Shown here: positions 16,300 through 29,861 of the stretch, piece after piece | Layout of the letters: each line of letters begins with the position of its first letter | Position numbering within the stretch: position 1 is the stretch's first letter | Source: Octopus vulgaris | Lineage: Eukaryota | DNA length: 64,000 nucleotides | Direction of reading: 5' to 3' | Assembly (NCBI GenBank): GCA_951406725.2 | Contig: OX597825.1 | Span: 10,602,001 to 10,666,000 of the forward strand | The notes under the pieces: generated by a model | What the model was told of the DNA's origin: nothing | Databases searched by the model: none | Seen by the model: the letters and a program-made list of their open reading frames with translations, nothing else | Program-made: the position numbers and the translations under genes

Positions 16300-16625
16300 T
16301 TCATTTGAGTTCTCAACAGGGAGATGGAGGATATCAGAGAGTGTGGGACAAGCTGCGTTCAGGTGTTATTCTCAACTCCCTCTTTGATCAATCTGATCAA
16401 TTTTCAAGGTGTCACCTACTTTCTGCAAGTGGGAAATTCTCGGGGGACTGGATTGATGCCTTGCCTGGGACCAACATTGGTGGTCTATTGAATCTGGATG
16501 AGCTCTATATCTCCATTGGAAGCCGACATCTGTAAGGAACTGACTTGTCGCTTCTGTAAGCCTCTCGACTTCACAGGCTTTCGTGGTTTGTCTTGCTATC
16601 TAAATGCACGTCACAACGAGATAAA
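16300..16625 (+). mobile_element. CRE-like non-LTR retrotransposon C-terminal remnant
   Basis: QRVWD...LLSASGKFSGDWIDALP..IG.LL then, after a frameshift, CRFCKPLDFTGFRGLSC...ARHNE (zinc-knuckle region preceding a restriction-like endonuclease). Confidence 0.6.
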
Positions 16626-16641
16626 GGCTCCTTTCCATTCT

Positions 16642-16952
16642 GCCAGGAAGTCCTCGGAATTTTCCAGAAAGTCTCATCCTCAGAACTTTCCAGGATGTCT
16701 CATCCTCGTGATATTTCCAGGAAACCCTCGGAATATTCCAGGAAGTCATGGAAATTTTCCAGTAAGATCCATCCTCGGAACTTTCCAGGAAGTCTCGTTC
16801 TCGGAACTTTCCGGGTGCGCTTGGAATTTTCCAGGAAGTCTCATTCTCGGAACTTTCCGGGAGGTCTTTGGAATGTTCTACGAAGTCTCATCCTCGGAAA
16901 TTTTCAGGAAGTCTCTCATCCTCGGAATTTTCCGGGAATCACATCCTCGGAA
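16642..16952. repeat. Minisatellite, ~12-13 diverged units of 22-27 bp (consensus ccaggaagtctcatcctcggaacttt)
   Basis: Units read directly from the sequence. Confidence 0.85.
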
Positions 16953-17325
16953 CAGACAAACGGATTAAGTCGATTATATCGGCCCCAGTGCGTAACTGGT
17001 ACTTATTTAATCTACCCCGAAAGGATGAAAGGCAAAGTCGACCTCGGCAGAATTTGAACTCAGAACGTAGCGGCAGACCGGTAGACGAAATACCTGTTTC
17101 TTTACTACCCACAAGGGGCTAAACACAGAGGGCACAAACAAGGACAGACAAACGGATTAAGTCGATTACATCGACCCCAGTGCGTAACTGGTACTTAATT
17201 TATCGACCCCGAAAGGATGAAAGGCAAAGTCGACCTCGGCGAAATTTGAACTCAGAACGTAAAGGCAGACGAAATAAGGTTACGCATTTCGCCCGGCGTG
17301 CTAACGATTCTGCCAGCTCGCCGCC
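16950..17325 (-). mobile_element. SINE family A dimer
   Basis: Two tandem bodies with one head. Confidence 0.8.
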
Positions 17326-17802
17326 CTATCACACTTTATTATTGGCGGTACTAAAACTGTTGTATTTTTGTTGTTGTAGCGAGGGGTGTAGTGGGAGGAA
17401 GTTTGTAGTGGAACAAACATAGTTTGAGGATATTTTTATTGTGTACAAAGTCTGTATTTTATAGACATATTGGTTCCAAATCCGACTTGTTTCTTTACAA
17501 ATGACCGGAAAACTAAACATTTATTACAAACAAAAATAAAGGAGAAAGCCATTACTTGCAAATATGACAAAGAATTAATGAATAAATACAAACACAGCAA
17601 CATTTTTAACCAATCGTAATTGAAATAGAATCAAATGTTCTACATCACTAAAAGGTTCCTTTGAATATGAAAAACAAAAGTTAGTAACAAGAGAAATAAT
17701 AGAATAAATTGATTGTAATAATGAACCAATACTGAAATAGTAAACTAAAAATAAAGGTAAAAATAAAGGTAAAGACTTAATCTAAATTTTTATAGGTGAA
17801 AT

Positions 17803-18185
17803 GGAAGCACTCCATCGGTTACGACGACGAGGGTTCCGGTTGATCCGAATCAACGGAACAGCCTGCTCGTGAAATTAACGTGTAAGTGGCTGAGCACTCC
17901 ACAGACACGTGTACCCTTAACGTAGTTCTCGGGGATATTCAGCGTGACACAGAGAGTGACAAGGCCGGCCCTTTGAAATACAGGTACAACAGAAACAGGA
18001 AGTAAGAGTGAGAGAAAGTTGTGGTGAAAGAGTACAGCAGGGATCACCACCATCCCCTGCCGGAGCCTCGTGGAGCTTTAAGGTGTTTTCGCTCAATAAA
18101 CACTCACAACGCCCGGTCTGGGAATCGAAACTGCGATCCTATGACAGCGAGTCCGCTGCCCTAACCACTGGGCCATTGCGCCTCC
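17803..18185 (-). mobile_element. tRNA-derived SINE family C, full length with TSD
   Basis: Head ggaggcgcaatggcccagtggttaggg..gtttcgattccc. TSD ataggtgaaat at 17792-17802 and 18186-18196. Confidence 0.85.
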
Positions 18186-19175
18186 ATAGGTGAAATATCA
18201 TCATTAACATTTGTTGTTACGGTTAATTAAAATTCCTTTCATTTTATCATGTTCCGCGAAGACAATGTAAATGTCGAAACGGTTTCGAATTAAAGTTACT
18301 TCGCTAATTAATTAAGTTGTTTACATTTGTCCTTGAGCAAGATGTTTTATTTCACATTGCTCTGTAATTCAAAGGGCCAGCCTTGTTGCATCATGTGACG
18401 CGGTGAATCTCCCTGGGAACTAGGTTAAAAGGTACGCGTGTTTGTTGCGTGCTCAGCACGTTAATTTCACAAACAGGCTGTTCCGTTGATCTTATCAGCT
18501 GGAACACTCGTCGTCGCATCCGACGGAGTACCTGTTTAACTTCACATTCGCCACATTCATATTCCTATCGCACAAAGATCGATTATTTTCTGGTAGAACC
18601 AATGACATAATTAACTGTGTTAACTGCGTATGTTGATGATATTGTGAAAATGTGTATTAAAAGTATCGTCTTCAGACATAGGGGCACTGGACAGTTTCCT
18701 GGGGGTTCTAGGGGTCTAGGGGCCCAATGTTAATCTGTTTATGTTGTTATTGTGTATAGAGGGAGCCTCTATCAATTGGTTTTCCCGGGGGCTTATAATT
18801 CCGTTAAAAGAGCTCTCTGTGTCGGTGGTGCATTGTAAGTTTGTGTTAATGGTGTATTGAAAATGTGTGACCTTCCGGGGTCGATAAAATAAAATAAAAT
18901 AAAATAAATACTGGGGGTCGATAGCGCAGATCAAACCCTCCCTTCAAAATTGCTGGCTTTGTGCCAAAATTTAAGAAACAAAACATGATACGTGTTCGAT
19001 AGTTACGCTTAAAAACTGATTAAGGTCAAACACCTGACAAGCAAATCTGTTGTATTGATCAGAATATTTGTTGTAGCCCATCTTTTATACCAAAACAAAA
19101 TAATGTACATGATAACACTTCCAATCAGTTAAGATCAGAAGCCATGAGAGCCACTGTCCGGTACTGCATCAGGGC

Positions 19176-19263
<88 letters not shown>

Positions 19264-20929
19264 TTTTTTCACCCTGTGCAAATACGTGAGTATCTATCAG
19301 TACTTTATTTATTTTATGCAATTTTAGAAAAATTGAAGTATGCCTTTGACAATTTTGAAGCGTATTGAAATGGTTTCGTGCGTGACTTTTGTCCCACCCG
19401 GTATAATAACATTATTTTACGTGAAAATTCCCACGAATCCCACAACAATTAATTTCTAGATCGATAGACATGATAGGGGAACAAAATTAAATTCCTTGCA
19501 CCACTTCTCTGATTTTTCAATTTCTTTCAATTTTTTTGTTTTGTTTTCTTTTTTATTAGTGTTGATTAAAGAAGTACCAGTCGGGTACTGGGGTCCATTT
19601 TATCGACTTCCTCTACGTCTATTTAGGCCTAAATCAGAAAACTTTACTATAATAATTTTTGTTGTTGTTGTTGTTATCGTTTCCTTCGGTTAATATGTAA
19701 ACTAAATTACTTAATTAAATTATTTGCTACCTTATTGTAATTCTTTATCGTGTCGCCATTGTTATTTTCATTGTTAATGATTATGATTACGACGAAGATG
19801 ATGATGATGATGATGGGGTTGGTGGAAGAGGAGAAGCAGGATGAGGAGGAGGAGGAGGAGGAGGAGACCAACGACGACGACGATGATGATGATGATGAAG
19901 ACGATGGTGATGATGAAGATTCTTTAATACAATCAAGATCCGTTTTATCTTGGCCGCTCTAAGTTCATTGCAAGTTACAAATTTAGAAGTGTAATTCTAA
20001 CCTAACAGAAAAGATAAAGCGGAGAGCAAGGAGGGGAGAGAAGGTGGAGAATGGCGTAGGGTTGCTGAGAAGAGGGATTAGAGTGGTGGGGAGGGGGCGG
20101 GGAGCTTCCATTGATTATGTGAATTCTTTAAATATAAATCCTTTAGTTTCTAAAAATAGAAATTCAAAGCTAAACTGAGATTTCTTTCACACTTCATCGA
20201 CCCACAAATAACAAGAACAAAGCAAAAAACGAGGAGGGGGAGGAGGAGGGGGAGGAGGAGGAGGGAAGGAGAAGAAGAAGAAGAAGAAGAAGAAGAAGAA
20301 GAAGAAGAAGAAGAGCGGAGGGAAAGAGGGGAGGGCGAAGCAGCAGAAGAGCAGGAGTAGGAGGCGCGGTGAGGAAAAGATGCGGACGAAGAATAAGGGA
20401 GGAAACGTGGGAGAGGAGGAGGAGCACGAAAAGGAGGAGGGAAGAAGAAGAAGAAGAAGAAGAAGAAGAAGAAGAAGAAGAAGAAGAAGAAGAAGAAGAA
20501 GAAGAAGAAGAAGAAGAAGAACAACAACAACAACAACAACAACAAGAAAGAAGAAGAACAAGAACAAGAAGAACAAGAACAAGAAGAACAAGAAGAAGAA
20601 GAAGGGGAGGGAGAGGGGAGGGTAGAGATATCCTGCAAATGACGGGTGTTGTGATTGTTCTCTTTGTGACAATCTGAAGATAATTAGGATAGATGTTAGA
20701 CGTAGACAAGAAATGGCCGTTAGTGATTATCTTCGCTGCAAATGTAATTTCATGTGTGGTGGAAGTTCTTATTTCTTTTCTATTTTAGGGTCCTGAAAGC
20801 TTCCTCAGCAATGGCTGTGAGTAAATGAGAAAGGATTCTGTATAATGTGACTTAATATATAAATTTCGCAGATGATTGCAAGCAATGAGGGTTGGATAAG
20901 TTAATATATTGGTTTCAAATGTTGTCACA

Positions 20930-21662
20930 AGGCCAAAAATTTCGGGGTGGTAGAGCTAAGTCGATTACATCGACCCCAGAATTCAGCTGGTATTTATTTC
21001 ATCGACCCCGAAAGCATGAAAGGCAAAGTCGACCTCGGCGGAATTTGAACTCAGAATGTAAAGACAGACGAAATACCTATTTCTTTACTATCCACAAGGA
21101 GTTAAACACAGCGAGGACAAACGGATTAAGTCGATTATATCGACCCCAGTGCGTAACTGGTACTTATTTAGTCGACCCCGAAAGGATGAAATGCAAAGTC
21201 GACCTCGGCGGAATTTGAATTCAGAACGTAACGGCAGACGAAATACCTATTTCTTTACTACCCACAAGGGGCTAAACACAGAGAGGACAAACAAGGACAG
21301 ACAAACGAATTAAGTCGATTGTATCGACCCCAGTGCGTAACTGATACTTAATTTATCGACCCCGAAAGGATGAAAGACAAAGTCGGCCCCGACGGAATTT
21401 GAACTCAGAACGTAACGGCAGACGAAATACCTATTTATTTACTACCCACAAGGGGCTAAACACAGAGAGGACAAACAAGGACAGACAAACGAATTAAGTC
21501 GATTGTATCGACCCCAGTGCGTAACTGATACTTAATTTATCGACCCCGAAAGGATGAAAGACAAAGTCGGCCCCGACGGAATTTGAACTCAGAACGTAAC
21601 GGCAGACGAAATACCGCTAAGCATTTCGCCCGGCGTGCTAACGTTTCTGCTAGCTCGCCACC
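20930..21662 (-). mobile_element. SINE family A tandem multimer (~4 units of ~180 bp, one head)
   Basis: Units are joined at gaaatac|ctattt. The last two units share diagnostic mutations. Confidence 0.85.
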
Positions 21663-21864
21663 TTGTGTTAATGTATAATATTCTTTTCTACCTCGGTGGA
21701 ATGTTAATGATTAATATTGGCAGATAATTACATGTTGTCCGTTTAATAGGTGTTATATAATTTGAAATATTAACGCTTGAACTTGCTTCAATTTCGTTAA
21801 AAATTTCGATCACGTCTTCTGACACTCGAACACACATAAGAACAAGTAGAATATAACAGACCAT

Positions 21865-21934
<70 letters not shown>

Positions 21935-22093
21935 CAGCAGCTGCAGCAGCAGCAGAGTTTATCTTGAAGTATATATATATATACATATTGTTGTATTTCG
22001 GGATGGTCATTTTAATTTTTCTTTCCAAATATTTGTTTCAACACACGATTTCACATCAGGAATCTTGCAAAACGAATTGATAAACGTGTATAT

Positions 22094-22212
<119 letters not shown>

Positions 22213-22265
22213 AATACAATTTTCTGAAACTTCTGATTTTAATATGCTAGACCACTGGTTTTAAA

Positions 22266-22308
22266 TTGATGTTAATCAAATTAATATCCAAATTTTCACC
22301 CTCATTCT

Positions 22309-22352
<44 letters not shown>

Positions 22353-22397
22353 TTAAAATGAGGGTGAAAAATTGGATATTAATTTGATTAACATCAA
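22266..22397. repeat. Palindrome with ~48-bp arms centred on (TA)n
   Basis: ttgatgttaatcaaattaatatccaaattttcaccctcatt / aatgagggtgaaaaattggatattaatttgattaacatcaa. Confidence 0.85.
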
Positions 22398-22499
22398 ATA
22401 TATATATCCGTTCCTATTTATTTCCTTCCTGTTCCTGTCGGATTGACGAACCAAACTGTAAAAGTTAGACAGCGTGAAAATGTAAGGTAAAGAAGTGTG

Positions 22500-22574
<75 letters not shown>

Positions 22575-22885
22575 CAACAACAACAACAATAATAATTATT
22601 ATTATTATTATTATTGTTATCATTATCGCATAAAAGAAATCTTGATGATGATGTAAAAGACAAAATAATGAAGAAAGTGGAGCGTGTGTGTGAATGAAGA
22701 GGATGGGGGAACATAAAAACAACAACAACAACAACAACAAGACAGAGAAGAAAAGATGTCAATGATGTGGTGGATGGGAAGAAGAGGGTGGGGAAGAAAG
22801 ATTTTTGCAACGGAAGAGGGCAAACAGGCAGGAATACCGGCAGAAAGGCAAAGGGGAGCATATGTTAGAAAAAAAGGAATCGATG

Positions 22886-22960
<75 letters not shown>

Positions 22961-23422
22961 AAAGAAGCAAGCAAGGAAGGAAGGAAGAAAAGAAGCAAGC
23001 AAGGAAGGAAGGAAGAAAGGAAAGTGGGAAGTTGAAAGGATTTCGATAATGGTAATGAAAATTGCATTCTTCTTTTTTGATAAATTAGATATTCTTTAAT
23101 AAAATTTAATTTGAAAAAGAATATATGCTTTCGAAAGAAAAGAATTTAATGTGAAAACATATTCATTAAAAACACTTCAGTTTTTGTTTTGCGTATTTTA
23201 CGAGGATTTTTTTATTGCTCTTTTTCTGTTTGGTTGTTTTTGGGTTTTTTTTTGTTTTGATTTGTTTTGTGTTTTGGTTGTTTTTTTGTTTTTTTGTTTA
23301 TGACACATTCTTTTGTGAGAATTCAATCCAACGATTCTAAGATATATTTCCAATAACTATTTGTTCTATCGCTGCTGTTATTGTTTTTCGAGCTTGGATT
23401 TTCAGTTCTATAAAACTATCTG

Positions 23423-23730
23423 TGGAGGCACAATGGCCTAGTGGTTAGGGCAGCGGACTCGCGGTCGTAGGATCGCGGTTTCGATTCCCAGACCGGGCGT
23501 TGTGAGTGTTTATTGAGCGTAAACACCTAAAAAAGCTCCACGAGTCTCCGGCAGGGGGTGGTGGTGATCCCTGCTGTACTCTTTCACCACTCTTTCTCCC
23601 ACTCTTCCTTCTGTTGGCCTGCTCGCTTAGCCAGCGGGGTGGCGTCATTCGAAGGCTAAAACAATGCGAACGCATTGTGACCAGCGATGTGTAACTACAT
23701 CTGATGGACTGGTCGGTCACGTGATGGTGA
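23423..23730 (+). mobile_element. SINE with a family C head and a different 3' tail, with TSD
   Basis: Same first ~190 bp as 17803-18185, then an unrelated tail. TSD taaaactatct at 23411-23421 and 23731-23741. Confidence 0.8.
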
Positions 23731-24060
23731 TAAAACTATCTATGTGGGTGTTGTTAGTTTCCTCTTCTCGTAATATTTCGGTTCTTCTCCGTTTGAGAAG
23801 TATTGTTGTCTGTCCTCCTTTTTTTTCCATTTCCTCTCTCCCTCACACATACATACATACATACATACATACATACATACATACATACATACATACATAC
23901 ATACATACATACATACATACATACATACATACATACATACATACATACATACATACATACATACATGTACATACATACATACATACATATGTGACCTCGT
24001 GTGTACCGTTGGCGATTTTTTTCCTCTGTCTTCCCTTCTCTGGATCTTTCCTTCTCCTAT

Positions 24061-24095
24061 GTTTCCGACGAAGAGCTCCGCTGAAAACGTTAAAC
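24061..24095 (+). ncRNA. Degenerate minimal hammerhead-like fold
   Basis: GTTT-CCGACGA-A-GAGC(tcc)GCT-GAAAAC-GTT-AAAC, in a ~205-bp unit inside (CATA)n that is related to the unit at 62388-62575. Confidence 0.45.
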
Positions 24096-24196
24096 CCTCC
24101 TTCTTTCCTTCTTTCCTGAGCGTCCAATAATACTTTATTTGTTCCACGTCCTCGCGTTGTTGTGTTTTTTTGTGTTTTCTTGTTTGGATTAACTTT

Positions 24197-25240
24197 ACAT
24201 ACATGCATGCATGCATGCATACATACATACATACAATACATACAATACATACATACAATACATACATACAATACATACATACATGCATACAATACATACA
24301 TGCATGCATGCATACATACATACATACAATACATACATACATACAATACATACATACATACATACATACATACATACATACATACAATACATACATACAT
24401 ACATACATACATACATACAATACATACATACAATACATACATACATACATACAATACATACATACATACATACATACATACATACATACATACATACAAT
24501 ACATACATACATACAATACATACATACATACATACATACATGCATGCATACATACATACATACATACATACATACATGCATTCATACATACATACATACA
24601 TACATACATACATACATACATACATACATGCATTCAAATATACATACATACATACATACATACATACACACATACATACATACATACATGCATTCATACA
24701 TACATACATACATACAATACATACATACATACATACATGCATTCATACATACATACATACATACATACATACATACATACATGCATTCATACATACATAC
24801 ATACATACATACATACATACATACATACATACATACATACATACATACATACATACATACATACATACATACATACATACATACATACATACATACATGC
24901 ATACATACATACATAGATACATACATACATACAATACATACATACAATACATACATACATGCATACAATACATACATACATGCATACATACATACATACA
25001 TACATACAATACATACATACATACAATACATACATACATACATACATGCATGCATACATACATACATACATACATACATACATACATGCATTCAAATATA
25101 CATACATACATACATACATACATACACACATACATACATACATACATGCATTCATACATACATACATACAATACATACATACATACATACATACATACAT
25201 ACATACATACATACATACATACATGCATACATGCATGCAT
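24197..25240. repeat. ~1-kb interrupted (CATA)n microsatellite
   Basis: Read directly. A variant block catgcattcaaatatac recurs at ~24627 and ~25085. Confidence 0.95.
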
Positions 25241-26009
25241 ACACACTCACGCGTCTGTATTTGTGTGTGGGTGTGTATACATTTCTGTTTATTTGCCGAA
25301 AACCAATAAATTACAGAACTCAATGCATTAATATGGTATATCGTTAAATACGATGTAACTGAACGCTTCATAATTCCAGTTCTCTCGGTAACACGTTTAC
25401 ACTCTTTTATCTGGTAATCCGAGCCTATTTTCTCTTGAATAATCTATCATTTGAACATATTCTGAAATATTATACGAAACTTATCAAGAAAACGCTTATC
25501 TTTATGTATTTTTTAAATAGTCATGCAGACGACACGTACAAAAACGATTGGTTTTGACTTTCCTCCAACTCTTACCACGTTACATCTCTATTCCGAAGGG
25601 GGACTTTATCCGAAACATCGTAATTAATTGTATCTAAATTTCACAGCGTAATTTTGATCGTGCAGCTATCTTATCTTGCTGGTCGTTCTCTCCCCCACAT
25701 CATCTCTCTCTCTCTCACTCCCTCTTGTCTATCTGTGTGTGTGTGTTTACGTGTACGACTGTTGATACTATCACCATGGATAGTGTTATTACACAACTGG
25801 TGATATCAAAATTAGTGGATCCCAAACACAATCAGGATATCATGTTCTCTGCTTAAAGTTATCAACCGCTTAATTTTCGCTGATACGTTTCGTTCCAGCG
25901 TCATCGCAAAAAACAGCTTATGTGTAAATGGGTAGCTGCTTGCGGTGGCTCAGTATTTTCGCCCAAATAGATATTTGTTTATATCTCCCTCCACTGCAGC
26001 TCATACATA

Positions 26010-26161
26010 CTGTGTGGTAAGTAGCTTGCTTACCAACCACATGGTTCCGGGTTGAGTCCCACTGCGTGGCACCTTGGGCAAGTGTCTGCTACTATAGCCT
26101 CGGGCCGACCAAAGCCTTTTGAATGGATTTGGTAGACGGAAACTGAAAGAAGCCTGTCGTA

Positions 26162-26165
<4 letters not shown>
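26010..26165 (+). mobile_element. SINE family B, 5' half
   Basis: Head and core, ending in (TA)n. Confidence 0.75.
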
Positions 26166-26232
<67 letters not shown>

Positions 26233-26991
26233 CAAATGAATACTTACATATACGCACGTATACACACACACACATTGAGAGCGGTCAGCTAAAAGTTTTT
26301 TGTGCATTTTGATGCCGACATAAGTTCCTTGATTTTCCTGATGAGAAATCTGCATAATGTACTCCTTATTCCTTCGGAATTAGGAATATGCAGCCTTCAA
26401 AACATATGTCGAGAATAAAGGATATTTGTTAACTAGTCGTTCAACTCCATTCTTTCATATACTTATAATTTTAAAATATATATATGTATATATATGTATA
26501 TTAGCCATATATATATATAAAACAAATGAATACTTACATATACGCACGTATACACACATATATATGCACAATGCACACGACCAGTTTGAATTGCCCGCCT
26601 AAACTCTTTCTAAAGACAGGTCAGTTATTCCTCTACAATTTTTTGTAAATCCTTAAATATATCTCCTTCTGTGTATATGTATACTACCAAACATATCTTG
26701 CATGTTCTTTTTTATTTATAAGGATCCAGTTCCAATTTGGCTTGCGTAAAGGCCCTTTGCGTAGCCACATTTAACGTTTTCGCTACGATCCAAGGCGGAA
26801 GCTCTGCTTTGTTCTTCTCAGGTGCAAATGTGGAATTTTTGGCAGTATTCTATTTTTGCTTTACCCATCGATATGATTAGGAATCTCGCTATGACAATTC
26901 GCCATCAATTTTAGTGGACTACATTTTAAATCTAATCAGTGTCTCACGTACATGTGGCGGGCCTATTAGGAACTGCATAGAATGTGGTATA

Positions 26992-27324
26992 CGAGGTGCG
27001 ATCATTCTACCACATAATCCGAGCTTTCCTGGTCAAGAACAACACACCACTCGTCCAGAGGCTTCCTACTCTCTCGACTTGGTACCATCTGACTTCTGGC
27101 TCTCCTCCAAACTTCAAACCAAGCTGAAAGGGAAACGCTTTGAGTCTCGAGAATAAATTATGAGGAAGCGACAGTGGAGCTGTATAGCTTTTCGTTCCAG
27201 GGGTGTTACCAGCAATGACAGAAGATTTTGAACTCCCAAGGAGAGTATTTAGAAGGTGAATAAATAAAATTTGTGAAATGTACAGATTTTTCTATGGCCA
27301 AAGGCTGGATACTTTTTGAACGCA

Positions 27325-27328
<4 letters not shown>
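26992..27328 (+). mobile_element. Short mariner deletion derivative
   Basis: Left end TA|CGAGGTGCGATCA. YSLDLVPSDFWL..KL..KLKGKRFES is a YSPDL motif. Right end ggatactttttgaacgcat. Confidence 0.7.
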
Positions 27329-27382
<54 letters not shown>

Positions 27383-28507
27383 GTTGTTGTTGTGTGTGTG
27401 TATGTGTGTGTGTGTGTAGGATAGAAAGTTTATTTTATTCCACACGGGTGACTGTGTGTTTATTGTTGACGGAAGAGTAGAATAAGAAAGTACAATTGTA
27501 TAATTAAAATGACAGCGAGGCAAGAATGAGGGCGGGTTGATGATGATGATGATGATGAAGAAGAAGAAGAAAAAGAAAAAGAAGAAAGAGGAGGAAGAGG
27601 AGGAGGAGGAGGAGGAGGTAGAGGAGGCAAAGGAGAAGGAGAAGAAGGAGGAGGAGGAGGGGAAGAAGAAGAAGAAGAAGAAGAAGAAGAAGAAGAAGAA
27701 GAAGAAGAAGAAGAAGAAGAAGAAGAAGAAGAAGAAGAAGAAAATGAATGGAAGGGAAGATCCGTGCGATTCCACATGTGTTAGAGCTTCGTTTCAAACT
27801 AAAAATGCAACTGAATTAATATTCAATCAAAGACTCAAAGATTATGCAAATATATTGAATATGGTAACGTTACGGAATGTAACGAAAGTGTGTGGTGGAG
27901 TTGTTCAATTGAATGACGAGTTATGAATTCAACAACGCCGATATAAGACGTGGCTGTATGGATGTTAATTTGCATACTGTATTTAACTGATAAACACACG
28001 AACAATTCTGTGATGATTTTTACAAAATGACTGTTGCTAGAGTGTGATTAATCAGAGAACAAGAGCAAAATCGTTTTGTACAATGCTCTTCAGAATTAAA
28101 TGAATAGACATAATCTTCTTTATGCCACTATACTGGAAATGAGAAGAGTAATGAAGTGGATTCTTTAGATTCATTCATGCATGTCTTGTCCGCATTTATT
28201 TTTTCCCCAAGTTTCTTTACGATTCGTTTTATTTCTTTTCTAGCATATCGTCGATGATTCTAACATAACAAAAGCCATAACAAGAATTAAACACAGAAAT
28301 GAAACTAACAACTGTCACTCGTAAAATATTCGACTTTCCTACTGTTTAAGTTAGTAAGTTGTTTTGCTGCCTAGACTTTGCTTCTCCAAATCAAACTTGT
28401 GGCTTTAAAATATTTCGAATGTTTCGACCGCCATAAGTAACTATCATTAAGTTAAAAGTATTTTCACTAGTAAATGTGTATGTGAGTTCGTGTGTGTATT
28501 ATATCAT

Positions 28508-28596
<89 letters not shown>

Positions 28597-28605
28597 ATAT
28601 CATTT

Positions 28606-28997
28606 AAAAAATTGGAGTCAACAAGAAGGAGTACGATTGGACATTCATTTTTTTAATCACTACAATTGTATCCACGCAACGTAGTTCTTCAGGCGTGAGG
28701 GTGTTTGATAAAGTAACCGTTTCGGTGCATTATGAGATCTAGTTGTGTTTCCTCAGGCGATATGTAAATATTGTCTCTGTAAATTCGAATTCTCGGCTTC
28801 CAGAACATCCTCACTGTCCGAGGTGGCCTGAATTTAGTATTAGTCTCTACTAAAGCAGGGTGGTCACTACATATTTCAGAGAAACGGTTGCTTAATCAAG
28901 TACCTGCACGCCTGGAAAACTACGTTGCGTGGAAACAATTGTAGTGATTAAAAAATAAATCTCCAACCGTACTCCTTCTTGTTGACTCAAATTTTTT
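28606..28997. mobile_element. Inverted-repeat element (~117-bp arms) with decayed mirror hammerheads, next to (TA)n
   Basis: Arms 28606-28723 and 28881-28997. The consensus of the two arms gives CTGAAGA...GAAAC-AATT-GTA. Confidence 0.6.
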
Positions 28998-29173
28998 CCA
29001 CTTATCTATTCACACACGGCAGATGGCCAAACGCAAACCTAGAAGTAGGTATAATGCTATTGTTGGATAGCACAGAGTAAATCTGAAGGTGTACGAACTT
29101 TATACTGTACTCTACTACGTTCTTAACAGAATATACCATAACTATATATTATTGACTTGACCAGTTTCACTTT

Positions 29174-29400
29174 TTTAGAAAACGATTGTCAAAAGTAAAA
29201 TGTAAAGCTTTATATAAGCATTGTTGTGTTAAGTATTGGTTATCACAAAAGTATTAAAATACAGTAATACATTCTTTGATAATGATAAGAAAACGTTAAA
29301 AACAGTTTACAAGAAAGTATTCAAGAATGGGACTACAATAAGTAATTCGAGTTCAATAAAAATCATGTTTGTTTGGTAGTATATATATTTTTTGTAAATT

Positions 29401-29450
<50 letters not shown>

Positions 29451-29669
29451 ATATATATATATACTACCAAACAAACATAATTTTTATTGAACTCGAATTA
29501 CTTATTGTAGTCCCGTTCTTAATTACTTTCTTGTAAACTGTTTTTAACATTTTCTTATCATTATCAAAGAATGTATTACTGTATTTTAATACTTTTGTGA
29601 CAACCAGTACTTAACACAACAAAGCTTATACAAAGCTTTACATTTTACTTTTGACAATCTTTTTCTAAA
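29174..29669. repeat. Inverted repeat with ~215-bp arms around a (TC)n(TA)n spacer
   Basis: 29174-29387 is the reverse complement of ~29457-29669, with scattered substitutions. Confidence 0.85.
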
Positions 29670-29762
29670 CATCTCTAATAAACATCTCTAGAAGTCCATT
29701 GCATTTTCAAACCTTCTTTCATATATATTTTCATTCGTACGGTACCTTACAACTTTACTTTG

Positions 29763-29861
<99 letters not shown>

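Noticed and set aside
20150-20709. Poly-E/R/K/S/F ORFs (also at 27.5 kb and 36.5 kb)
   Set aside because: (GAA)n, (GAG)n and (CAA)n simple repeats.
20930-21662. Regularly spaced repeats resembling a CRISPR array
   Set aside because: Units are whole SINE bodies with no unique spacers, there are no cas genes, and the context is eukaryotic.
24162-25371. Long ORFs (up to 389 aa) of YIHT/MYVC repeats, and similar YI, CV and LSIY ORFs across the window
   Set aside because: These are stop-free readings of (CATA)n, (TA)n, (GT)n and (GATA)n microsatellites, with no protein signal.
25587-25628. Weak hammerhead-like motifs at ~25590 (CCGAAGG..GGA/TCC GAAAC ATC GTA), ~18250-18285 and ~34295-34335
   Set aside because: Stem II and GAAAC are present, but the core or stem I is too degenerate to call. 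They may be old relics.
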